Positions 20,023 through 29,789 of a stretch of DNA of 47,570 nucleotides are shown piece by piece (position 1 is the stretch's first letter; each line of letters begins with the position of its first letter). Below the pieces are notes generated by a model. That model had not been told where the DNA came from and searched no databases. It saw only the letters and a list, made by a program, of their open reading frames with translations. Made by a program: the position numbers and the translations under genes. The DNA is from Ilumatobacteraceae bacterium. Its GTDB lineage: Bacteria; Actinomycetota; Acidimicrobiia; Acidimicrobiales; Ilumatobacteraceae. Where the stretch lies: positions 1 through 47,570 of the forward strand of contig JAEMRY010000001.1 of the NCBI GenBank assembly GCA_016463105.1. Direction: 5' to 3'.

Positions 20023-21186
20023 TCAGCGAAGCCTCTGCGCAAAATTTTCTACATTTTGCTTGAACTCATCCACACTGTCCCCACCAAACTTGCGTTGCGC
20101 TTCTTGAGCCAAAACTAGAGCGACCATTGTTTCTGCAACTACTCCCATCGCCGGAACAGCCGTGACATCAGTTCGCTCTTTGAAACTTACGGTTTCTTGT
20201 TTTGTAACCATGTCGACTGTTTTTAGAGTTGGACGATTTAACGTCGATAGTGGTTTCATGGCTGCTCGTACGACCAACATTTCTCCAGTTGACATTCCGC
20301 CTTCGGTGCCACCAGCAAGTGATGTTTCGCGTTTGTAAGAGTTGTCGGCCTGATCCCAAGTGATCGCATCGTGAGCCTCACTGCCACGACGAGATGCAAC
20401 GTCAAAACCGTTTCCGATTTCGACACCCTTGACTGCCTGAATACTCATTATCGCTTGCGCTAAAAGTCCGTCAAGTTTGCGATCCCAATGCACATAACTT
20501 CCAAGACCTACAGGCAAACCGTAAGCCAAGACCTCAACTATTCCACCCAAACTGTCCCCGTCTTTTGCCGCGGCTTCGATTTCTTGGATCATCTTGGCTT
20601 CAGCCTGCAGATCAAAACATCGCACAGATGAGTCATCAATTTTTGATAAATCAGTTCTTTGGGGACGCGCTGGATTTTCATTTCGCGCACTACCAAGTTG
20701 CAACACATGTGACATTACGAAAACATCTATTTGCGCTAGCAAAACTTTCGCTAATGCACCTGCGGCAACTCTTGCTGCTGTCTCTCTAGCACTTGCACGC
20801 TCGAGCACATCACGAGCATCATCAAAGCCATACTTCTGCATCCCAGTCAGATCTGCATGACCTGGCCGAGGTTGAGTCAAAGGTTTTTTTGTTTTGCCTG
20901 GCTCAGGTGACATCTCTTCGTGCCACACATCGCTGCGAAACCATTCACTGTTTTTGATTTCAATCGCCACCGGCGAGCCGAGCGTTCGTCCATGTCGGAT
21001 TCCGCTCAACAAAACGATTTCATCTTCCTCAAATTTTTGACGTGGTCCCCGACCAAACCCAAGTCGTCGACGGGCTAATTCACTACTGATATCTTTGGCG
21101 GTTACCAACATTCCAGCAGGTAGACCCTCGACAATGACCACCAATGCCTGGCCGTGACTTTCGCCTGCAGTTAGGTAACGAAGCAT
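20023..21186 (-). CDS. aroC: Chorismate synthase
   Basis: Canonical N-terminus MLRYLTAGESHGQAL at ATG 21186. The track's TTG extension (to 21219) is not homology-supported. Confidence 0.95.
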   Translation of the reverse strand: MLRYLTAGESHGQALVVIVEGLPAGMLVTAKDISSELARRRLGFGRGPRQKFEEDEIVLLSGIRHGRTLGSPVAIEIKNSEWFRSDVWHEEMSPEPGKTKKPLTQPRPGHADLTGMQKYGFDDARDVLERASARETAARVAAGALAKVLLAQIDVFVMSHVLQLGSARNENPARPQRTDLSKIDDSSVRCFDLQAEAKMIQEIEAAAKDGDSLGGIVEVLAYGLPVGLGSYVHWDRKLDGLLAQAIMSIQAVKGVEIGNGFDVASRRGSEAHDAITWDQADNSYKRETSLAGGTEGGMSTGEMLVVRAAMKPLSTLNRPTLKTVDMVTKQETVSFKERTDVTAVPAMGVVAETMVALVLAQEAQRKFGGDSVDEFKQNVENFAQRLR

Positions 21187-21227
21187 AAATATCAGGCTAC
21201 CTGTAGCCCCGTGCCGCAATGAGCTAA

Positions 21228-22097
21228 TTAACTAGATCGTGTCAATTGCGCAAGCGCTGCATCACGCATTAGCGCGATATCGCCAGGCTCACCTATCCAA
21301 TGCTGTTGTTGTAGCGCTGCTTGATGAATCAACATCGACAAGCCATCAACTACGGTCGCGCCAGCTTTTTTTGCACCAAGTAATAAACCTGTCTCTAACG
21401 GGTGGTACACCGCATCAAGCACCACATGCGATGAATTGATCAGCGAAACATCTATTGGAGATTCTGAGTTGTCATTCACTTTGCCAAAACCCACTGGCGT
21501 TGTGTTGATAATAATTTGTGAACTATTTATGTCTGAATTAATTTCTGTTGGCAGACAAACGCGAGTTGTGCCACCAATTCGTTTGACCAAGTCTTTTGCC
21601 CGCGTATCCGTGCGGTTGATAATTGAAACATCACTCGCTCCGCGTTGTACAAGCGCGTGAGCCACAGCTGACGCAGTTGCCCCTGCTCCCAAAACAACAA
21701 CGCGCTGTCCACGCAGTGATGAGTTCATCGCAAGTTCAAGCGCATTGCAGCAACCTTCGCCATCAGTGTTGGTCGCCCACAATGAATTGTCTTGTCGCAA
21801 TACAACAGTGTTTGCAGAATTAGTCACTCGAACGACTTGATCAATCTCGCCGATTTCGGCAACTATTTTGGCTACTTCGTTTTTATGCGGCATAGTTACA
21901 GAAAGACCACCGATGCCAAGTGTCGACATCGAATTAAGTGCGTCAGCGACGCGACCAGGCCGAACCTCAAACGCCAAGTACACCCAATTGATGGATCTAG
22001 CCGCAAATACCGCATTATGAATAACCGGAGACAAACTTTGCGCAACTGGCGACCCGATAATTGCGGCTAGTCGCGTATTTGTATTTATCTTGATCAT
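21228..22097 (-). CDS. aroE: Shikimate dehydrogenase
   Basis: 289 aa. Motifs SLSPVIHNA and a GAGATASAV Rossmann fold. Confidence 0.92.
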   Translation of the reverse strand: MIKINTNTRLAAIIGSPVAQSLSPVIHNAVFAARSINWVYLAFEVRPGRVADALNSMSTLGIGGLSVTMPHKNEVAKIVAEIGEIDQVVRVTNSANTVVLRQDNSLWATNTDGEGCCNALELAMNSSLRGQRVVVLGAGATASAVAHALVQRGASDVSIINRTDTRAKDLVKRIGGTTRVCLPTEINSDINSSQIIINTTPVGFGKVNDNSESPIDVSLINSSHVVLDAVYHPLETGLLLGAKKAGATVVDGLSMLIHQAALQQQHWIGEPGDIALMRDAALAQLTRSS

Positions 22098-22117
22098 CTA
22101 GTGCACTTTCAAGTTCA

Positions 22118-23347
22118 TTAAGGCAACAAACCGGCTGCTCTGGCGATTTCAACATTTTTTTCATGATCTTGTTGAGTCGCCGCAAAGGTATGACCACCTT
22201 TGTCATCACTTAACACGTAATACAGATAGGCACAGTTTGACGCTTTCTTTATTCCGGTGCAGATTTTGTCACTTAATTCAGGATTTGGCGAAGGATTTAA
22301 TGCAGCCCTTATAGATGCTCGGCCAGGGTTAGAAATCGGTGTGGGTGGCAGACCTTTATTCATATACGAGTTGTACGGCGTATCGATCGCTTTCACATCA
22401 GCAAACGACGCCCCATCAGCAGCATTATAAAAAAGCGTGGCATCAACTTGTAACAACATCCCGCGGTCAAGTCGGTTATAAATCACTCGCGCAATCTTTC
22501 CGCGGTCTACTTCTAGTTTCGCTTCGCGCTCGATGATCGAAGCAACTATTAAAACCTCATACGGGGTTCGACCAACTTTTTGTTTTGAGTCTGCTAATCC
22601 TTCTTGCTTTCCAACTCGCTCCATTAATCTCAACATTCGATCTAAAACACTGCCAGCCGACTCATCCCCAGAAATTTGATAAGTGTCCGGAAACAGCAAA
22701 CCCTCAAGTCGAAAAGGTGACGCACTGAGTGTCGTAGTTTCGGCTGGTAAGTATTCTGAAATGACGAGAGGATTATTCATCGCCTCCAAAAAACTCTGGG
22801 CACTTATCCGAGTTGTCTTCTCTTCAATTCTGGCGGCAATTTTTAAGGCGGTAAACCCTTCAGGAAAAGTCACCTTAGTAAACGTCGCCGAAGGGTCTTT
22901 ATTCAACTTTTTCATGATGTTGCCAATATGTTCGCGCTTGACAAGCGCGTAATAGCCGGGCTGCAGATCGATTCCGCCTTTGCGTTGCACATACCAGCGA
23001 AAAACATCGGCGTTAACTATGAACCCATCGAGTTCAAGACGCTTGGCAACCAAAATTAGTGAATCATTCGGATTCACCGTGAAGTTTGTTGCTAACGACT
23101 TTGGGTTACCAACAATGTCTGGTGGATTAATTTGTCGCAAATACCACATTCCACTAATGCCAACAGTCAGAACAACACTCATCACTACAGCAAGCGCTAT
23201 AAAAACTATTCGTGAATCTGGACGATAGTCAGGTGGTTGAATTTCGAACTCACTTGCACCCCAAGCATCTGGGCCATCCCATGCATCTTCTCGCCATGGT
23301 AAATCATTATTTTCTAAATTCTGATCTCGTTGTTGATCTTGACTCAT
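22118..23347 (-). CDS. mltG: Endolytic murein transglycosylase MltG (YceG-like)
   Basis: 409 aa. Acidic N-terminal tail, one TM helix, and YceG motifs ASIIEREA and PYNSYMNKGLPPTPISNPG. Confidence 0.9.
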   Translation of the reverse strand: MSQDQQRDQNLENNDLPWREDAWDGPDAWGASEFEIQPPDYRPDSRIVFIALAVVMSVVLTVGISGMWYLRQINPPDIVGNPKSLATNFTVNPNDSLILVAKRLELDGFIVNADVFRWYVQRKGGIDLQPGYYALVKREHIGNIMKKLNKDPSATFTKVTFPEGFTALKIAARIEEKTTRISAQSFLEAMNNPLVISEYLPAETTTLSASPFRLEGLLFPDTYQISGDESAGSVLDRMLRLMERVGKQEGLADSKQKVGRTPYEVLIVASIIEREAKLEVDRGKIARVIYNRLDRGMLLQVDATLFYNAADGASFADVKAIDTPYNSYMNKGLPPTPISNPGRASIRAALNPSPNPELSDKICTGIKKASNCAYLYYVLSDDKGGHTFAATQQDHEKNVEIARAAGLLP

Positions 23348-23769
23348 GATTTTTGTCGATCTACATGATCAAGCCAACCTTGCAGCATCACAGCAGCAGC
23401 GATTTTGTCGACGATTCGCCGTCGAGCCTGGGCGTTCATCTTGGCTTGAATCATTGCATCGTTAGCAGTTTTGGTTGTCAAACGCTCGTCATGAGAGTGC
23501 ACAGGAACAGTAATCGACTTAGTCATTTCTTTGATTTCGTCCAATGCACTTTGCGCCGCAGCACCAATCGTTCCTGACAGAGTCAGCGGTAAACCAACAA
23601 CGACACACTGCGCTTCGTATTCAACAACAATTTCTTGAATTTTTTTATGATCCTGCGAATGACTCGCCCCCCGTGCAAGCACCGTCAATGGTGAAGCGAT
23701 CGTGCCACTCGAATCACTAACTGCAATGCCGATGCGTTTTGTTCCGAGGTCAACTCCGATACTGCGCAT
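23344..23769 (-). CDS. ruvX: Holliday-junction-resolvase-like pre-16S rRNA nuclease RuvX/YqgF
   Basis: MRSIGVDLGTKRIGIAVSD at ATG 23769, 7 nt after the alaS stop. The track's extension overlaps alaS. Confidence 0.9.
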   Translation of the reverse strand: MRSIGVDLGTKRIGIAVSDSSGTIASPLTVLARGASHSQDHKKIQEIVVEYEAQCVVVGLPLTLSGTIGAAAQSALDEIKEMTKSITVPVHSHDERLTTKTANDAMIQAKMNAQARRRIVDKIAAAVMLQGWLDHVDRQKS

Positions 23770-23776
23770 CGAAGGA

Positions 23777-26410
23777 CTAGACAATTTCGTTTGCTGCCAG
23801 CAATGAGAGTTGCAGCGCTTCATCAATCGCTTCAACTATTTTTCCGCCTGCTGTTGCAATGTCACCCTTGCCACCGCCACCGCCGCCAACTTTCTTTGCC
23901 GCTTGCGCAATCAAATCTCCGGCAGATGATTTGACTCCGGCGCCTGTTGCTGCCACAAGTGCAACACCACCAGTTGGAGTAACACCACCTAACACGACGG
24001 CCCTAATTGCCACATTGACACGAATCGCGATTGCCAGTTCACGCAAATCACTTGGGGCCAGTCCATCTACACGTTCAACAACGACACCATTTTTCTGTTT
24101 AGCAATTAGCTCACTGGCACGAGACCTCGCAGCAGCAGTGCGAAGTGATTTAAGTTCGTCATTTAATTCTTTTACTTCGGCAATTTTACGAGAAACTGCG
24201 TCAACAATGGCCTCATTATTCGTGCCGAGCATCTCGCTTACGGCATTTATCTTGCTCATCGCAGCAGATACATAATCAAGTGAGTTCTGACCAGTCACAG
24301 CCTCAATGCGTCGCAAATTTGAACCAATCGAACTTTCTTGCACAATTTTGATCAATCCAATATCGCCAGTTGCCGAAACATGTGTGCCACCACAAAGTTC
24401 AACAGAATCACCCGCTTCAAGGACGCGCACTACGTCACCGTATTTGTCACCGAAGAACGCAATTGCCCCTGCAGCGGTTGCTTCATCTTTAGAAGTTTCA
24501 TAAGCATTAACAGCAACATTGGCGAGAACCTGCGAATTTGCAATTCTTTCAATTTGCTCTACGTCTTGAGTTGATAACGGTGCGTAGTGACTGAAATCAA
24601 ATCGCAAACGCTCAGGCGAGACTAACGAACCAGCTTGTTTTACATGCTCGCCCAATACTTTGCGCAAAGCGTAATGCAACACATGTGTCGCCGTGTGATT
24701 TTTGCGTGTTGCATTGCGTGAAGCAGTATCAATAGTCGCCGTGACTTTTTGACCAACTTTGATTTCACCACGAGTCACGACACCAAGATGCTTGCGTAAA
24801 CCTGGAAGCGCAAATGTTGTGTCAGAAATTTTAATTTCGCCGGTCTCAGTTAGTAGCGTGCCACAGTCACCAACCTGACCACCACTTTCTGCGTAAAAAG
24901 GTGTCGTATCTAGAAATATTTCTAGACCAGTTGCACCCGCATCAATAATCGCCAAAACTTTTGACTGACTTGAATCATCTGTATATCCGACAAAATTAGT
25001 CTGACCATTGCTCTCAAGAATTTCTCGATACGCCAATAGTTGATCGTCTACAGTCTGAGCACCTTTGCGTGCCGACTTGGCGCGAGTGCGCTGGGCACTC
25101 ATTTCGACATCGAACCCAGCAATGTCGACTTCGACATTGCGCTCAGATGCAATCTCTTGGGTCAACTCAAGTGGAAACCCATATGTGTCGTGCAACAAGA
25201 ATGCACTCGAACCACTCAGGGGTGTCGCTTTTTTTGCCTTCTTCGAAACCTTGTCTATAGATTCAAACTCAGTTTCTAAAATCGTTAGTCCATTTTTTAG
25301 TGTTTGACGAAAGCTCTCTTCTTCTTTTGTCAAAACGCCAACAATAAAATCTCTATTAGCCAAAAGCGAAGGATGTGCCTCGCCCATCACATCTATTGCC
25401 GTCTCAACAAGTTTTGGCATTACAAGTTTTTCGGTGCCGAGCAAATAAGCATGGCGCACCGCTCGACGAAAAATTCTTCGAAGCACATATCCGCGACCTT
25501 CATTAGACGGAAACACGCCGTCGTTAACCAGCATCGTTGAAGACCTGGCATGTTCGGCGAGCACGCGCAGAGAAAAACTTGCACGATCTTCGTAGTCGCC
25601 GACTTTATATTTCGCAGAAGTCACAGATTGTGCTTGTTCGATAAGCGGAAACAAAACATCTGTCTCCCAGATCGAATCTTTTCGCTGTTTGAGAGCAAGA
25701 ATTCTTTCAAGCCCGGCACCTGTATCAATCGAGGGTTTGGGCAACGGAGTTCTTGAGCCATCTGCAGCCTGATTGAATTGCATGAAAACGAGGTTCCAGA
25801 ATTCTAAGAAGCGATCACCTTTCGGGTCATTAAGTGGCCCACCGCCAGGGCCAAAGGCCGGACCACGATCAATATGAATTTCAGAGCATGGTCCGCAAGG
25901 GCCAGTGTCACCCATTTGCCAAAAATTATCTGCATCACCCAGACGCTGAATACGATTCATCGGCACACCAACTACGTCGTGCCAAATTTGTTCTGCTTCG
26001 TCGTCGCTTTCGTGAACTGTTATCCAAAGTTGATCACCATCAAAGCCGAACACCTCGGTGACTAACTCCCAACTCCATGGAATCGCTTCGGACTTAAAAT
26101 AATCTCCAAAACTAAAATTGCCGAGCATCTCAAAAAATACACAATGGCGTTTAGTTCGACCAACGTCGTCAAGATCGTTGTGCTTGCCACCAGCGCGCGC
26201 ACACTTCTGCACGCTGACTGCTCTTGAGTACGTAGGTATTTCATCACCGACAAAGTAAGGCTTGAACGGCACCATGCCGGCAACTGTGAACAATATGGTC
26301 GGATCATGTGGAATCAGACTGGCTGACTCAACCTTTGTATGCCCGCGTTGCTCGAAGAAACCAGTAAAAGCTTTGCGTAAATCGTTCGCGGTGCGAATTT
26401 CAGCCGTCAT
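23777..26410 (-). CDS. alaS: Alanine--tRNA ligase
   Basis: Motif FEMLGNFSFGDYFK, editing-domain HTATHVL, and C-terminal GGGGGGKGDIATAGG. ATG 26410 (MTAEIRT) is preferred over the track's TTG 26419. Confidence 0.97.
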   Translation of the reverse strand: MTAEIRTANDLRKAFTGFFEQRGHTKVESASLIPHDPTILFTVAGMVPFKPYFVGDEIPTYSRAVSVQKCARAGGKHNDLDDVGRTKRHCVFFEMLGNFSFGDYFKSEAIPWSWELVTEVFGFDGDQLWITVHESDDEAEQIWHDVVGVPMNRIQRLGDADNFWQMGDTGPCGPCSEIHIDRGPAFGPGGGPLNDPKGDRFLEFWNLVFMQFNQAADGSRTPLPKPSIDTGAGLERILALKQRKDSIWETDVLFPLIEQAQSVTSAKYKVGDYEDRASFSLRVLAEHARSSTMLVNDGVFPSNEGRGYVLRRIFRRAVRHAYLLGTEKLVMPKLVETAIDVMGEAHPSLLANRDFIVGVLTKEEESFRQTLKNGLTILETEFESIDKVSKKAKKATPLSGSSAFLLHDTYGFPLELTQEIASERNVEVDIAGFDVEMSAQRTRAKSARKGAQTVDDQLLAYREILESNGQTNFVGYTDDSSQSKVLAIIDAGATGLEIFLDTTPFYAESGGQVGDCGTLLTETGEIKISDTTFALPGLRKHLGVVTRGEIKVGQKVTATIDTASRNATRKNHTATHVLHYALRKVLGEHVKQAGSLVSPERLRFDFSHYAPLSTQDVEQIERIANSQVLANVAVNAYETSKDEATAAGAIAFFGDKYGDVVRVLEAGDSVELCGGTHVSATGDIGLIKIVQESSIGSNLRRIEAVTGQNSLDYVSAAMSKINAVSEMLGTNNEAIVDAVSRKIAEVKELNDELKSLRTAAARSRASELIAKQKNGVVVERVDGLAPSDLRELAIAIRVNVAIRAVVLGGVTPTGGVALVAATGAGVKSSAGDLIAQAAKKVGGGGGGKGDIATAGGKIVEAIDEALQLSLLAANEIV

Positions 26411-26454
26411 ACACGACAAGCCTACTCTTCGTGTCTAGTCAGAAACCGCCAGGT

Positions 26455-26697
26455 TTAATTGCGAGAATTATCAAAAATCTTTGAAAGTTCTTCGTCGTCA
26501 AGACTTTCGCCCGATGTCAAACCTTGCCAAAGACCGACTAAATAATCCTTCAGAGAACTTGCAATATCAGTCAAAGTGTCGGCAACATTCTCTGACGAAA
26601 ATCGCTCAGATGTTTCATCTGCTTTTTTCTTCATGTAGTTGAGACCAAAAATTGCAGCAGTCGCCCCAAGAAGAAACCAAAAAAGTCGCTTGATCAT
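26455..26697 (-). CDS. Small membrane-anchored hypothetical protein
   Basis: 80 aa. N-terminal TM helix (LFWFLLGATAAIFGL) followed by a charged, acidic tail. It sits 5 nt after the rarA stop. No family is recognised with confidence; the architecture is YtxH-like at most. Confidence 0.55.
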   Translation of the reverse strand: MIKRLFWFLLGATAAIFGLNYMKKKADETSERFSSENVADTLTDIASSLKDYLVGLWQGLTSGESLDDEELSKIFDNSRN

Positions 26698-26702
26698 GAT
26701 CG

Positions 26703-28022
26703 TTAATCCTTTTCGCTAGATTTTTTAATTTGCTGTTCTAACCGCTTAGCAATTTCAATCTCCAAGCCGTGCTCGCTCGGTGTGTAGTACTCAGTCTGCC
26801 TAGAGATCGACCCTTTTGCTTCGTCGGGCAAATATTGCTGCGAAACCCAACCCCTTGGGTCATCGTGCGGGTAGATATAGCCAACTCCGTGTCCGAATTC
26901 TTTTGCAGCCTGATAATGACCATCTCGCAAATGCGCCGGAACCTCGCTAGTCACACCCTTGCGAATATCTTCGCGAGCAGACCAAATGCCAATTGCAACA
27001 CGATTGCTTTTCGGTGCTGTCGCCAAGTAAACGACTGCTTGCGCCAAATTAAGTTGAGCCTCAGGCAAACCCACATGTTCTAGCGCGCTTGCGGCCGCTA
27101 CTGCTACAACTAACGCATTCGGATCTGCCATACCGATATCTTCGCTTGCCAAAATCACAAGTCGGCGTGCGATAAATCTTGCATCGTCTCCAGATTCGAG
27201 CATTCGTGCCAACCAAAATAATCCTGCCTGAGGATCAGAACCACGAATACTTTTAATAAACGCGGATACGACATCGTAGTGATCGTCTCGTCCGTAACGC
27301 AGCGCGCTCATGCCAAGTGCAGCATTGACATGATCAATCGTCACTGTCTGTTGTTTTTCGTGAGCGAGTGCGCAAGCAACTTCAAGTGCGGTCAGTGCTT
27401 GACGAGCATCTCCGCCTGAACGCGTCGCAAGTGCATCAAGTGCTTCTGGTTGCGCCTGTGCGCCTTCGGCAATGACACCACGCTCAAGCAAAATTCGAAC
27501 ATCCTCAACTAGTAACGGCTCAAGACGAAATAAAGTGCTGCGACTGCGCAACGGTGAATTGATTTCAAAATATGGGTTTTCTGTTGTCGCGCCAATCAAC
27601 GTGATGATTCCTGTTTCAACAGATGGCAGCAACGCATCTTGTTGAGATGTTGAGAACCGATGAATCTCGTCGATAAACACGATGGTGCCGCGACCAAATT
27701 GTCCAAGTCGATCTGAAGCACGGTCAATAACTTCGCGAACATCTTTCACACCCGCGCTGACAGCCGAGAGTCTCTCAAAATAACGCTGTGTAGTTAGCGC
27801 TACGACTTCGGCAAGCGTCGTCTTGCCCGTGCCAGGTGGCCCCCAAAAAATTACTGAAGAAAGTCGGTCTTGCTCAATCAGTGCACGAAGCGGTGAGCCT
27901 TTGGCAACTAGATGGCTTTGCCCAACAATCTCGTCAAGTGATCTCGGACGCATTCGCGCCGCTAACGGGGCTTGTGATTTCAGTTGCTCAGCAGCAGCAC
28001 TACTGAACAAGTCGTCTTTCAT
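26703..28022 (-). CDS. rarA: Replication-associated recombination protein A (AAA+ ATPase)
   Basis: 439 aa. Walker A GPPGTGKTT, Walker B FIDEIHRF, and a MgsA C-terminal domain. Confidence 0.94.
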   Translation of the reverse strand: MKDDLFSSAAAEQLKSQAPLAARMRPRSLDEIVGQSHLVAKGSPLRALIEQDRLSSVIFWGPPGTGKTTLAEVVALTTQRYFERLSAVSAGVKDVREVIDRASDRLGQFGRGTIVFIDEIHRFSTSQQDALLPSVETGIITLIGATTENPYFEINSPLRSRSTLFRLEPLLVEDVRILLERGVIAEGAQAQPEALDALATRSGGDARQALTALEVACALAHEKQQTVTIDHVNAALGMSALRYGRDDHYDVVSAFIKSIRGSDPQAGLFWLARMLESGDDARFIARRLVILASEDIGMADPNALVVAVAAASALEHVGLPEAQLNLAQAVVYLATAPKSNRVAIGIWSAREDIRKGVTSEVPAHLRDGHYQAAKEFGHGVGYIYPHDDPRGWVSQQYLPDEAKGSISRQTEYYTPSEHGLEIEIAKRLEQQIKKSSEKD

Positions 28023-29788
28023 TTTGCAGCTGGTGGCAACAACCTGATTCCTAAATCTTTGAGTTGCGCTGGGTCAACAGTCGTCGGTGCATTTGTCATT
28101 GGGTCAGAACCAGATTGAGTTTTCGGAAACGCAATTACTTCGCGAATATTGTCTTCACCGGCGAGAATCGCTGTCAAGCGATCGATACCGAATGCAAACC
28201 CGCCATGCGGAGGCGCCCCATATTTGAACGGTTGTAAGAAAAACCCAAATCGATGGTCGGCATCTTCGTCAGATATACCAAGTTGACGAAATACGCGCCG
28301 TTGCAACTCTGGTTCATGAATTCGAATCGACCCAGAACCAAGTTCCCATCCGTTAAGCACAAGGTCATAAGCCAACGCACGAACAGTCAACGGATCACTC
28401 TCGAGACGATCTATATCTTCAGGATGCGGATGACAGAAAGGGTGATGACCTGGTTGCGGCAATTTCGTTGTTGGATTAATACCCACGAACATTGGAAAGT
28501 CAACCACCCATACATATCTATATGGACCTTCGTGTACCGGCGGACGACCTAAATCATTGCGCAACTGACCCAATACAGAACATGTTGTCGACCATGTATC
28601 AGCAACGATCAAAATCAAGTCACCTGCAACTGCACCAGTCTGTGAAACCAATGCTGTCTGCTCAGCCACCGAAAGAAATTTCGCGACAGGTGATTCAAGC
28701 GCACCAGTCTCGCCCACTTTTAACCACACGAGTCCTTTGGCGCCGAGTTTTTTAGCCCGCTCAGTGAGAGCGTCTAATTTATTGCGGCCGCTTGCTGCTT
28801 GTTGCGGATAATCGGCATTCGCCACACAAATTGCTTTAATCGACTCGGCAGATGCAAAAGCCTTAAATTCAGTGGCTTGAAAGATGCTGGTGATTTCAAC
28901 AAGTTTCATTTCGAAACGTAAATCTGGCTTATCGATTCCGTAATTATTCATTGCCTCGTGCCAAGTCATTCGCTCAATCGGTGGCGGCTCTGAACCAGTG
29001 GCAGCTTTTGCAGCCGCAATAACGGCCGTCGAGATCATCGCAATTACGTCGTCTTTGTCTACAAAACTCATTTCAGCATCAAGTTGCATGAACTCATACT
29101 GACGATCGGCGCGCAAATCTTCGTCGCGCAAACACTTGGCGATTTGATAATAACGATCCATTCCGGCGACCATCAACAATTGCTTCCATAATTGTGGCGA
29201 TTGTGGCAATGCATAGAACGAACCAGGTTCGTTGCGCGACGGCACCAAAAATTCACGCGCACCTTCTGGGGTGCTCGGCATCAATAATGGCGTTTCGATT
29301 TCAGTGAAACCTTGTGACTCCATTGATTTGCGAATCGCCGAGTTGATTGCTGCACGCAGTCGCAAGTTTTTCTGCATTCGTTCTCGGCGAATATCTAAGT
29401 AGCGATATTTGAGACGGACATTTTCGTCAACATCATCTCCGCGTTGGTCAATCGGAAATGGTGGCGGCTCGGCATTATTTAAAACTTCAATTTTGCATTC
29501 TGCCAACTCAACCCCACCTGTTGGGATATTTGAATTAACTGTTCCGGCAGGACGAGCCTGAACCTTTCCGGTCACACGAATCACCCATTCGCTTCGCACG
29601 TCCACCGAGTTGTCAACAACGCATTGCACGATGCCACTGAAGTCTCGTAAATCTAAGAAAGCAAGGTGCTCGCCGTGCTCACGGCGACGACCTACCCATC
29701 CACACAAAGTGACAACCTGCCCAATATTTTCGACACGCATGTCTCCACACAAGTGAGTTCGCAATGCTGTGCTGTTTTTTATGTTCAT
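28019..29788 (-). CDS. aspS: Aspartate--tRNA ligase
   Basis: 589 aa. Motifs FLDLRD, QSPQLWKQLLM and GGFAFGIDRL. Confidence 0.97.
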   Translation of the reverse strand: MNIKNSTALRTHLCGDMRVENIGQVVTLCGWVGRRREHGEHLAFLDLRDFSGIVQCVVDNSVDVRSEWVIRVTGKVQARPAGTVNSNIPTGGVELAECKIEVLNNAEPPPFPIDQRGDDVDENVRLKYRYLDIRRERMQKNLRLRAAINSAIRKSMESQGFTEIETPLLMPSTPEGAREFLVPSRNEPGSFYALPQSPQLWKQLLMVAGMDRYYQIAKCLRDEDLRADRQYEFMQLDAEMSFVDKDDVIAMISTAVIAAAKAATGSEPPPIERMTWHEAMNNYGIDKPDLRFEMKLVEITSIFQATEFKAFASAESIKAICVANADYPQQAASGRNKLDALTERAKKLGAKGLVWLKVGETGALESPVAKFLSVAEQTALVSQTGAVAGDLILIVADTWSTTCSVLGQLRNDLGRPPVHEGPYRYVWVVDFPMFVGINPTTKLPQPGHHPFCHPHPEDIDRLESDPLTVRALAYDLVLNGWELGSGSIRIHEPELQRRVFRQLGISDEDADHRFGFFLQPFKYGAPPHGGFAFGIDRLTAILAGEDNIREVIAFPKTQSGSDPMTNAPTTVDPAQLKDLGIRLLPPAAK

Positions 29789-29789
29789 T

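Noticed and set aside
21195-21208. Palindrome GGCTAC-CT-GTAGCC between aroE and aroC as a terminator or attenuator
   Set aside because: The 2-nt loop is sterically unfavourable and there is no U-tract. It overlaps the TAGCCT box, which is more simply explained as a -10 element.
23859-23900. GCC/ACC-rich repetitive DNA (ccaccgccaccgccgcc)
   Set aside because: It encodes the conserved C-terminal GGGGGGKGD motif of AlaRS and is not a repeat element.
26411-26454. T-box or other leader upstream of alaS (and likewise hisS at 31041..31097)
   Set aside because: The spacers are 44 and 57 nt, far too short for a T-box. No specifier or terminator architecture is present.
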